DNA from: Rhodosorus marinus CCMP1338
Taxonomy: Eukaryota > Plantae > Rhodophyta
Length of the DNA: 64,000 nt
Assembly: GCA_029953675.1 (NCBI GenBank)
Contig: JAMWBK010000002.1
Span: forward strand, 3,038,001-3,102,000
Direction of reading: 5' to 3'
The stretch's first letter is position 1, and the number at the start of each line of letters is the position of its first letter. A program made the position numbers and the translations under genes. A model generated the notes under the pieces. The model searched no databases and was not told where the DNA came from. It saw nothing but the letters and a program-made list of their open reading frames with translations. This document shows, one piece after another, positions 1 through 11,932 of this stretch.

Positions 1-745
<745 letters not shown>

Positions 746-1965
746 CTTGGTAAAACGCCTTACATTTTATGGCCTAGAAGCAAGTTCTGGGGCCGTCTTA
801 CTCGGGATTCGCTCTCGCGGCTAAGAAGTCGGGTCTAAGATTTGCAAACTAACCACTTAAAGACGAAGCACAATTCTTAACTGTTGATCCCCCAGTCCAG
901 CAAGAGGGTAATGTTATAGCATCGTCATAAGACCGTCCCTATCGCTGCACAGCTTCGTACAGCATCGGCAGCGAACATCTCAACAAAATCAAATTGGTAC
1001 GCTAGTCCACGATTACTGAGAGCTCAAACTCCGTCGACATCCAGCCGTCCACGAGAGAGGACAATCCCTTCCCAAAACTAGAATATAGCCAGGACTCATC
1101 TGGCCGCACACGCAACGTCACAATCGGGTCCCACGTTGCGCACTACGTCCAGCCTTTGAACGACCCCAAATAACAATCAAAATCTCCGTCCCATAACAAA
1201 CTGTCCCACAATTAACATAGTGGGACAGCACATGATAATAAAATACCAAAAAAAGGAAATTCTAAATAAACACAAAAAACGGAATGCTATAATTATTTCT
1301 AAACTTCAATATCCTTTACCCAACTGCCCGTACGTGTTGGAATGAAGGAAAAGTGAAAACTCTCTGATTTTAGTGGGATTTTTGAGGGTTTTGGTTAGGT
1401 GACAGTTAAAAGTGATATAAAAGAAATTATCGGAGTTGACAAAATGGACAGGGGGAGGGTTTGGAGGGAAGTGGGGGGGGGGGTTTAGGTAAATGTGGAA
1501 GATGGGGACGGTGATGTGGTGGTGAGAAGGTGGAGAGGCTTTTTGAGTAGGAAGGAGTGGATCTTGGTCTGTCTGAGTTTGGACTATGAGAATTGGAATT
1601 TAGAGATTAGTTGTTTTGTTGCCGGGGGGGGGGCGGGGGCTTGACGAGGCTGTGAGATGGTTGTTGATGAGTTGTTGGAGTGCTTTTGGGTTTGTTTGGA
1701 GGTCCGATGAGAGGTGGTATGAGGAGTTGGATGGCTGGGAAGTGGGGAATGGGTGTGCATGAGATGGGTAGAACTTGAGATTTTTAGGGGTTTAGGGAGG
1801 TTTTGTGGTGGGGTTACGGGGAAGAAATGGAGAGCGGAGGAGAGAGTGGGGCGGAACGGGTACAGATGAGTATGGAGAAGGGATCGGAGCCGAGTGTACC
1901 TTTTCTCTGGAGTTTCGGAGATGAATTTGTAGCGACGATTGCCCTGATTTCGTTGTTTAGAACGT

Positions 1966-2959
1966 ATGTTGATGCACGACCTTCTCATCTTGCTGTTGCT
2001 CGTTTGTTTTGGGTTCTTTGTAGAGTGGTTGTTCTCCCGACTAGTTGATACTTTTTGTGGATTTGGGTTGAGGAACTTTTCTCAATGGCGGTTTAGCTTA
2101 CTCATAAGTGGTTTTCCCTTTTATTTGCAGAATATTTTATGTAACGAGAAGCCGAACAGGAAGATCTGTCAAGAAGGAATCTGCGATGTTTCTGCTGAAG
2201 TATTGGGTTTCTTTCTACTTGTTGCGGTTGGTGTTCGAGCTCCTGGAAGATTTGGCCCCCGGCCTTGAGAAGATTTTTGTTTATCAGGTTTACAAGGTTG
2301 TCTTTTTCACTGTACTATCTATCATGTCCCTGGGTGTTACAGAGCGGTTCTTCGACAAAGTCGTATCCCCGCAGATAGAAGACAGGAAAGACGAGATCGC
2401 GGCGGTCCAAGTGGAGTTTACAAACGGGAAAATGCAGCTTCACAGCTATTTAATTGACCTCGTGGAATACTCCCTGGGTTGGCTTAAGAGGAGATTCATA
2501 ATGGAAGGTGGCGATGTGAGTCTAGAACCGAGACAGATTGTCCTGGATCCAGACGAAGCTCGAGCACTGAATGGAGAGCGAGAACCTGGTAAGCAGCTGA
2601 AATTCACCTATCTGTGGGATGCTCATGGTGTCAGGAATCGATCTTCGATTAAATCTCAAGTTTGGATTTCTTTTTGTTTCGTAGGATTGCTTCCGCGACT
2701 ACCGGCGAGCTTGGAACCCGGAATCACTACGTTCTCTGGTGGTGCTGACATTGGAGCTCGCAGAGGGAGGTCTATGAGCAGCCGAACTCCCGAGGAGAGG
2801 GAGATTAGAGCTCGACTTGGTCTCAGCCTTGTTCAAGGAAAAGGCGAAGTTTCCTCAGCTCGCAAGCGTAACCAAAAGGAGCCTCAGGACAAGTACGAGA
2901 AGTTGAAGTTGCTGAGGAAGCAAATGAAGGAAGGTGCTTTCAGTCAGACATCAGACTGA
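1966..2959 (+). CDS. Membrane protein, HVA22/REEP (TB2/DP1)-like; apparent 1-nt frameshift near 2105
   Basis: LLKYWVSFYLLRLVFELLED...VYQVYKVVFF...ERFFDKVVSPQIEDRKDEI resembles the TB2/DP1 hydrophobic core. The hydrophobic ORF starting at 1966 and the ORF starting at 2108 overlap in different frames. Confidence 0.55.
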
Positions 2960-3150
2960 GGGACCCACCGCATATGATGATCGTAGTTTTACTAGTAGGA
3001 AACTCTCAATTTGTACAGATTTGCATTGATCTTCTTCAGTCGTATCTAGGCTACAAGGGTACTACGCACCAAGGTGCATACTGGTTACATTAAGGTGCTT
3101 CCTAGATGAGATAGAGGACAGCATCCCTGTGACCTAGTCAGAGACTCGTA

Positions 3151-3907
3151 CTACTCGATGGACAAGATATGGTAACCTTTGATATAGTAGGTATAAGCCA
3201 GTGATACAGTCGCAAGTGCCGATGCAAGCGTAACCACGGTTCCCATACCGTATGAGCCCTTTTGCTGGATGCTGTCGTCGAGGATGTCCATAAACGAAAG
3301 CGCATGGCGTGAATCCGGAAAAGCCTCCAAAAGACGTTGAAGGTAGTGCTTTGAACCCTATCGGGGATGCGGCGAAAGGAGAAGGAAACTTGTGTTTGTC
3401 TTCATGAAAGGTTTTGAGAACCTTCTATCTGGAGGGTGAAGCTCGTACCTCGGGATTATTCTGTCGCATGTAGCCGACTGCAATATAGAACAAGCAGCTT
3501 TCCTCGTCATAGTCGTCCTCAAGAAGACCTACATAAAGGAGAACAACTTAAAACATAAATCAAGCTTGCATCCAGTGTAGAAGACTACGACCTACCATGC
3601 AGCATCAACGTCCCTCTTTTGATCTGCTGCAAGTTTGAAGACCTCACGAGCGCCCAAGCATAGTTGAACTTGGTCTTGGATGACTGAGTCGTCTTCGCCA
3701 TCTCCTTTAGGTGCAGATCCTCATATTCCTGTCGACATTCACGATCGAAGAGAGACTCACCAAATTTAACGAGGGAGGAGACATTCCTTCTTCCCCCTCA
3801 GCAAACGAACTCAAAGGCAAATCGAGCATTACCTGAAGCTCGTGTAAGAGTTCCGCCGAATCGACAGAACGCCCGAGTCGATCTTCCTGTAAACGAGAAC
3901 TCATCAT
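3151..3907 (-). CDS. FIS1: Mitochondrial/peroxisomal fission protein Fis1 (multi-exon)
   Basis: Spliced: KTKFNYAWALVRSSNLQQIKRGTLML...ESCLFYIAVGYMRQNNPE|GSKHYLQRLLEAFPDSRHAL...C-terminal hydrophobic anchor GMGTVVTLASALATVSLAYTYYIK. This is the Fis1 TPR plus tail-anchor layout. Confidence 0.88.
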
Positions 3908-4561
3908 TGTACGGACTCCTCAAGTAGAAACAAGACAACTTTAAGAAGGAACCCGTTCGCTGATTTCGTCTCACCTGAACAAGGGAAGATCAATTTCAGC
4001 TCACTCACAGAGTATTGTCAATCTCTCAACCTTTATCAACAGTCCCATTGCCCATACCACGGCAGGTCGCGCAAGGAGGGCCCAAACGACCACCCGCTGC
4101 TTATCGAATCAATGCTGACACCGATTCCGTGGGTATTGATTACTCTTCCTTCAATCAATATACGATCATTTCTGAGCCGAAAATGGATATTAATTTATGC
4201 ATCAGTCATTTAGCTCGGTTTCAAAAAAACCCACCGTTATCCGAAATTTGAAAATATTGAATAATGGAAATATTCTTTTCTTCCGCAAATGAATGGATGG
4301 GTTCAGAACAATGTTCGGCGGGCCAGGGTGGGAGCGGGGAGACATTAGCTGGGCCAGGACGGGATGGATGGATCGTACATGTAGGCCTTTGTAATATCGG
4401 AAGCCTCCGAGAATCCCCGTGCAAAGCTAGTATCTGATGGTCGCAGATTTTATTCTCGGTTGTTTTCGGACCAATACAACCACATTGTAACCAGCGCAAT
4501 AAATAGTTAGGAACACGTGCATTATAACGTAAGGATGGGATAAATAGCAGTCCGCTGTCGA

Positions 4562-6728
4562 CTAGATGCCTGCGAGCTCAAAAAACTGCTTGCTGTGCAA
4601 AACTCCTTCAAGAGAGATATCGGCTAGTGTCTTGCGGTACCCGTTCCGCTCCAAACCGAGACGAGAGAAGTCAGTCTCCATCGTTGCCGTGTTTGGAAAT
4701 GTAGTTTCGATACGAGCACAGAATTCGCGCAGCATTTGGAATCGAGAGGCAAGCGGAGCTCATGCAGTTTCGAAACACACGTCGTTCTCCTTCATCGTTA
4801 TCATGTCGTCAATGAGGCTCTTCAGTTGGGGCTTCCAGACGATAGGCTAGCTGCAAAGCACTGAATTCCTGGTCAATCTGCTCAATCTCTTCACGCGAGA
4901 AGCTGCGCTTGAGGCGATGATCGTGCATCTGAAGATTCATGATGTGGGAGCGCATATCGCTGCATACGAGCTGGTGCGGCAAAACGGGGGAGTTTCTTCA
5001 GCCGCGTCGTTGATGGAATCGCGTTCAGCAATGCCCTTGGAGATTTTTCCGTCAGCAAGATGAACGAAGAGATCAGCACAACTATGCGCGAGTTTTTCCC
5101 GAGAGTTTTTTTCCATAGCATCAAGCGCAAAGAGAAACCAACGACCGTAGCCATCAATGAAAGATCTGACAGCTCTATAAGACGCCAAGAAACTCCCTCC
5201 GATTACAGCTGAAGACGCGTCCACTTGCTCCAAGTTGTGCTCATTGAGGGGCCCTAGCATCGGGCACATTTTACAGTACACTTCAACCTGCTTTCGAAGA
5301 CGTAATATGTGTTCCTCTAGCACCATCGACAGACCTTGGAGCCCGGAGAAGACGACTTGCGCCTGCTCCAGGACGTCGGCCATCACATGTAGGAGCACCC
5401 ACCAAGAATCCTCGGGAGTCCACGCCACTCCAAGTTCGATCAAGTCGCTCTGTACCTTCAGTCGATGAGGTTTGAGCCATTTGAGAACCTTGAGCATAGA
5501 CCCCCAGCGAACATCACAATACTCTGGACACTCGCCCCCCGCGCGAGCACTAGAGTTCAGCTGCCGACGCAAATAGCCCACGAGCTTGGCCAGTTTGCTA
5601 ATAAACTCTTCGTCAAAGGTTGACTCAACAACATCCTGCATCACGAGATCGAGTTGATGCAGTCCACTCCAAGCGCGAAGAACGCCGTCCGCAAGAGTGT
5701 GTTCGAGTCGCGTCGTCACTCCACGAATTGAGCCTGCTATCTTGGCATCACCATCCGTTGAGAGTCCAATCATCGAAATCTTCCAGTCAGGAAACACAGC
5801 GTCGAAAAGCTTATAGATAAGCTCTGTATGCCGTTCAAAAATGGGCAGCTCCACCAGAGGGTAGTTTCGCAACTTCCCATCAAAGTACATTCTCACGCGA
5901 ATGTCCACATACGAGCGGCCGCGATAAGTTGAGCAACAGAGCCCGATCGAGAACGCCCACACTTTTTTCCAGTATCTCCGACAGCTTTTGCAGGGAGACA
6001 GGCATACGATCCGGGCGTAGGTCGATATCACCATAGCCTCTGAGGTATTGCCGTACTCTTCTGAGCCACTCTCCTCGCGAATGACCTCAAGCAGGCGAGC
6101 AACGCAGCGGAACGAGCTACCAAGAGCGCTGAGCTTCACTGCGAGTCGGAACTGCTGCTCCAATTTGATTACCGGCAGGTGCTGATCTTGCCCTATTTCA
6201 ATATCATTAATGGCTTCATCTTCTCCTTGATTTGTGAATACGCTGAGAGCTCGCTCCTGGGTCACACCAGCGAGTTCTTCAGGATGAAAGAACAGATCTC
6301 CAAAAACGGTCTCGATAATCGTCTTTTTGACAAAAAAATGCAGCATTGTAGGGCCCCCCCAAAACATCATAGGTGTGAAGGGTATTGACAAAGGGCACTT
6401 CGTTCAGCGTGAAGAAAGCCGCGCGAGCTTCGTTTGTCTCAAGCTCCTCACACTGTGAACATTTCGTCGTATGCTGCGTGCGTATGTGTTGCGTGTAGTT
6501 GTCGGTTCGAAAGCTTCCATTATCCCAGTACCTGACCTTTTCCGTCCGCAGGCGCTTGCTGCCAACCCTTGCATCACGACCGAATATAATGCAGAACCGC
6601 AAACTACTGACATCATCTCCAATGATTAAGCCAGCTCGAGATGTGGCCTTGACCCCAAACCCGTCACAATACCTCTCAATGAACCCGCCTCCGCCTCCTT
6701 TAGACCTCGGCCCCTTCTTAGCCGCCAT
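4562..6728 (-). mobile_element. Degenerate hAT-like DDE transposase (pseudogene)
   Basis: N-terminal FRTDNYTQHIRTQH; WAFSIG...SYVDIRVR; GLSTDGDAKIAG; WSGLHQLDL; C-terminal FPNTATMETDFSRL...SLEGVLHSKQF (hAT dimerisation-like). Several frameshifts and an in-frame stop. No TIRs were identified. Confidence 0.75.
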
Positions 6729-7398
6729 TGAACTTAATTAAGCAATGACCATTAAGCACCCCCCGTCGAAAAACTTAACCATTCCCCCTCATTCCGTAAC
6801 CACCCCCTCCCCCCATTCCCCCCCCACAAAAAAATTCGGCTTTTATCTTGATCTTCGGAAGGCTGTCCAAAGTAACACAAAATCCGACGATTTCCTGAGT
6901 TTTTTACTCGGGGGGTTGTTTACGGTTATTCCGTTTGAGAGGGAATGGAGGTTTTGTTCATGGGATTTTGGATTGTCAGAACCTGTCCGATAACCTCGTC
7001 CTGTCCGGTAAAACAAAAATGGAAAGAAAATTAGAGTAAGTGCGTCTGAATACAACACTCTGCCTGATAAAGAGGACGTGTATCGGGACACCTAGAGGAC
7101 CACTCCCCGTAACCAGAGATGTCCTCTGATGTCTTGGTGCGGTGGGTGGGTTGCACAGCGAAGCGTTTTGCACCGAAATGAGGTACTGTGGGTTTCTGGT
7201 TCCTTCATGACCTTATGGTCACCGATGAAACTCGTCCAGGTGTTGGCATGTCCTAATTGTTATATGGGGTTTCTCACTTTATTAGCTGGATTATAGACTA
7301 GATCAGTGATCCGATTAGTTGCTTGGATATCCCAGTTTCCTGGAAAGCCAAGCGTTAAAATATTAGTTTTTCTGGCTCGGCGCGAATGAGCTTGCTCG

Positions 7399-9894
7399 TC
7401 ATCTTTTGGACGGAGGTAAGAAAGAATGTGGGAGCTCATCGGGGATCGACTCTACCCCGTTCACTTTCGCGTCAGATATGACGTGCATTGCCAGCGCAAA
7501 CTCTTCGTCGTCCAGCGCCCCTCGCCCCGATATGTCAACCAGATCCCAGATTTTTCTAAGCGCCTGAGTGGGAAGACCTGAATCGACCATTATTGGCCGA
7601 ACCTATGAGACATGACGCGCGTCAGCAGCTTGTCTTCATCCCCCCCTCTCGTGGGGATTGTACATTTCTCCAACTTTACCTGCTGACCGGTGACTGTAGG
7701 AGGGTGACCGCTTGGTCCCAGCTGGTAGAAGGAATTTGTCCACTTGGTTTTGTCCGCAGCAGACACCACCCAATGGTCCTGATCAACTTCAAGGCCGGAA
7801 TCATTCTCAAAACTATCCGAAAAGGGATTTTCCGCGCTTTCTTGAATGTTCCAAGTTGCAACTTCCTCCTCAAGGTCACCATCATGTGGCATTTGTCTGT
7901 TTGCCGGTTTCATCGGTGAAACGTCACCGTCGAAGAAGTTCGTTGTTGGAGAGGCCATGTTCTCCAGTGGTCTTGGATTCGGGCTAGAATATTCATGTGG
8001 CGCCTTCGGCGTGGGCGGATTCGGTCTAGAACCCTGCCCTTGGCCGTCCTCCTTCGCCTCCAATCCTTGTATCCTCAGGATCAAGTTTGGTACGTCTCGA
8101 GTCAAGGCTACATCGCAAACGTCTACCAACCGCTGGCTTAGTGAAGGAAACTCTGATATTTCAAACCTCTCCAACTGGATTTTTTCAATCCGAAGAGAAG
8201 ACAAGTCACGAGAGAACGTTTTCAGCACTTTCAATACCACGTTCGCTGCCCACAGTTCGGATGTGTCAACTCACCCCTGCCCTGAACTTGTCCATTGAAG
8301 GGAAATCTCCAGGAGCAAGGTCGTGAAGCTTTGAGACCTTGCGATATTCCTGGTCGAGTCTGCCTACCAGTTTCTTCTGCTTCTTTTCGTGACCCCAAAG
8401 ATAGGGCATGCTGCCCCGTAAGTGAGATATTAGCAGAGCGTGCACTTTTGCGAGTCTCGCTCTCTTCACGAGTTCATTCACCTGTGCAGGACCAGGGCGT
8501 TTTGTTAGTCTTCAGTGGCTTCCTGGTATCCAGAAGCGGGAAGTAGCGACGTACTCGACGCAACGCAGCATTCCGGGGAAGACCTCGAAGATCAGAAATG
8601 AGGTCTTCTTTCTCGGCAGCAAACAGTGTTTCGTTCGTCTTCCCCGTCAGTGCTAGAGGCTGATCCCAAAAGGATCCGAGATACACACGTATTACCTCAG
8701 GGGACTTGACCACCTATGCAGAGCAATGTCAAAGAAATCAGGAGCATGGTGAGGAAAGCTAGACCCAATATTGCATCGCTTTGACTTTCAGCAAACGAAC
8801 CTTTCCCAGGGACCACATCAACGCTCCATACACCCGCATCAACTGCTGGGAATCGATCAAGTCCGCCTTGTTCAGAATAATTCTAATCTTGTCCTCATGT
8901 GACTGTTGCGAAAAATTAAGAGCATGACGGTTTAGACCGCTGTGAAGCACACAAAGTCCTCTACCGCATGAAGGCTATATGTATGCCACACCTTTAACAC
9001 TTGTAAGGTTCTCTTCAGTTCATCAGAAATATCGAGCTTATGCGCGTCAAAGAGGACGATGATTCGATCCGCTCGCTCAGCAAACCATTGCACCACCTCC
9101 TCAAAGTTGTATCCACGATCTAGTCTCTGTTTCTCGCCACTGAGGATGCCTGGAGTGTCCACAAAGTACAGCGCATCCAGTATGGGACACTTCAGCTCGG
9201 ACACCTCAAATCTGTTGAGAAACGCCGTCCCAAATCGACCAAGGGAAGAAAATGGTCGCCGAGGATCTACCGCAGCGGCGTTCCCAGGTACCGAGCGATC
9301 CGATTTCCCCTGCATGACGGCGACAAAGCGATCCGTTGTGGGCTCCGGTCCGATTCTCTGACCGGGAAAGTCTCTTTCCAGGAGATATCGTATAAACGAT
9401 GTTTTCCCCACTGAGTACTGCCCAACGAGGAGAACCATCGGCCGCGCGTCAAAGTCTCCCTCGGAAAGATCGGAGTTGTAGAACTCTGCAAACTTGAAAG
9501 CTTGCTCTAGTGGTCTGATTTTGGCGTTATATATCCGCTTTAAAGCCTCCATGATGTTCGCATTTTGTTCTCTTCTTTTCACTTCCCCTATGTCTGTAAA
9601 GTAATGACTATGCTTCTCCGGGTCTATGTTGTCGTTCCCAAGAGCCGCACGGACCCTCTGCAACCTCTTCGTTCGATCAGCCGCCTGTACGCACATATCG
9701 CAAACCCGTACAGGCTCAGCATATCCCCTCCACGGAACCGGACGCTTGGACGAGCTGCATTTCCCGCAGAATCCGCTTCCGCACATTCGGCACATGTGCC
9801 TCCCTCGAGTAAACGAAAACGCGGACGAACAGCCAGCACAGTAGTCCCCATCCGAGTCTTCCACCCACACGACCGGAACCGCAAAGTCACCCAT
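7399..9894 (-). CDS. EHD/RME-1-family dynamin-like ATPase with N-terminal FYVE finger and C-terminal EH domain (about 6 exons)
   Basis: FYVE: WVED...CAGC...RHMCRMCG..FC..C...VRVCDMC. EHD core: GQYSVGKT, IGPEPTTDRF, DTPGILSGEKQR, FDAHKLDISDE, NKAD, RVYLGSFW. EH: GLPTQALRKIWDLVDISGRGALDDEEFALAM. Confidence 0.93.
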
Positions 9895-10999
9895 TATTCC
9901 CAAAACTTCATAAGTCTAGACAAGCCCACACATCCAAATGGCTCCCAAAGAAAAAACAACTCTCACAGTCCTCCTCAAAAGCACACCAGTTTACATCCTC
10001 CCAAAACACATTTCAAACTCTGCCGATCCATACCCAAGCATTCTTCCCTCACGAATATGCTTCTGTCCTCAGCAAAACCAAACGCACAACCTCACTCTCA
10101 GGTTCTTTATGCTCAAGTCCTCTCACATAACCCTTAGGGTTCGAATCCACCTGAATGAATCCTTGGCAGCACCTCTGCGTCTTCTTCCGGAGAGCAAGCG
10201 AAACCCATTTGCTGACAGTATGTTCATCGCTCAATCTTCACACAAATAGATCGCTGGGGTTGTCGACTTTGGCGTTGGATCAGAGCATGAGAGGAGTTGG
10301 CTTATTGATTTTTGAACTAAACGGCTTTCAGTAAAATATCCATCTGTCTCTGAGGAAGACAATAAATGCTCTGCGATCAACCCTCACAACGGATTTCGTG
10401 AACACGAGGTAGATGGATACGTGATCCTTTCAGCGTGGGTTTCACAAGACGGAAAACAGCCTTACTGATAGATCCTCACAATGGCGTGTGAAACCAACAA
10501 AATGCAATATGATAGTGGTCGTTTACCGTCCAGGTCCTCTGGATGAACCCATGGGCTGCTACTCCATCCAATGCGACGTATCAAACTTCTGCGGTCTGCT
10601 TCCAAATCTTTGTGAAGTCGTACAGCCAAAATCCCCTTCAATCTATCTTCGCAAGGGATTGTTGGGTTGTCGGTCTGAGCCTTGGACTAAACGTAGTTTT
10701 GACTCACGTGTTTTCATTACTACACCCTTCTCTCTGTGAATAAGACATAAATGCTCCACACACTCACTAACGGAGATCGGGAACATAGGATGGACCCGAT
10801 GTATGCTTGACTGGGTGGTTTTCAGTACTTTCTTCCACAAGACGGAGGAGTTAATCGATCCTGACAATACACTGTACAGTTGATAGCATAGGTGTTGGAC
10901 CAGAATACTAGACGAGTCTGACCCCACATATCCGTTAACAGTTAACCATTTACGTCGGGTTGACGGCGACCAGAAACATTTAGATTGAGAAGGTTTTGA

Positions 11000-11720
11000 G
11001 TTTTTAGCTGCATCCGAATGGACTGAGCGGAACTTATCCACGAGATCGGACGAGTAAATCTGGACTTGCAGTTTCCTGAATTGAAACCCACAACAAATCC
11101 CCATCCCAAGTGAATCCCCCCGCTGACGACCATACCCATCAGACTGAGGAGGTGGGATTTATGCACCCGGATGGGGATGGAATTGACGAATCCCTCGAGA
11201 TCGGATCAGTATATCTGTAATCTCATGTGCCTAATGCGAAACTCGCCACAATCCCCATCCTATGTGAACCTAAACGAAAACCTAAATGAACAGTGGTCAG
11301 CTCGATGGTGACCCCCAGACCTATGCTGAGAGAGGGGAGGTTGAGAGAAATTTTTGCATCCAGGTGGTGGATCGAATGGACGAATCCCTCGAGATCGGAT
11401 CAGTATATCCGTATTTTCATGTGTCTGAATCGAAGCTCACCATAAATTCCCATCCTATGTGAACCTAAACGAAAACCTAAATGAACCAGCTCGTTGATGA
11501 CGACCTGACCGATGAGGAGAGCGGAGGCGGTTGAGGGAATTTTTTTCATCCAGGTGGAGGGATCGAATGGACGAATCCCTCGGAATCGGATCAGTATATC
11601 TGTAGTTGCAGGTGTCTGAATCGAAGCTCACCACAAATCCCCATCTTAGGTTAACCTAAACGAAAACCTAGATGAACCAGCTCGGGGTGATGACGGCCAG
11701 GCCGATGCGGCTGAAAGACT
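11000..11720 (-). repeat. Tandem array A, about 4 diverged units of ~155-194 bp
   Basis: GACGAATCCCTCG recurs at 11185, 11379 and 11570 (spacing 194, 191), with a shorter degenerate unit near 11041. CCTAAACGAAAACCTA occurs in three units. Confidence 0.9.
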
Positions 11721-11932
11721 GTAGGATTTTCTTGAGATTTTCTTCGGGGAGGAGAATCCGAATGGAGATTGTAATGGATAAATCTTTAGATCGGTCCTTG
11801 TTTGGTATCGATGGGATAAAGACAGGAAGGTGTAGTGAATAGAATTTGACTAGGACGATACTTGGACTCGATCTGTGGTTCTAAGAAGCTTTTGATTGGA
11901 GATATAAAGAGCATTAGTAGCTAGTTAGGTCA

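Noticed and set aside
1201-1228. 9-bp inverted repeat CTGTCCCAC/GTGGGACAG
   Set aside because: Too short to support a MITE or terminator call; no TSD or second copy.
1584-1988. Long Pro/His/Thr-rich ORFs (also 9565-10137, 24013-24495, 26843-27283, 50264-50743, 35859-36422)
   Set aside because: These are by-products of skewed leaders or antisense frames of real genes.
10120-10155. GGGTTCGAATCC as a tRNA T-arm
   Set aside because: No D-arm, anticodon arm or acceptor stem can be built around it.
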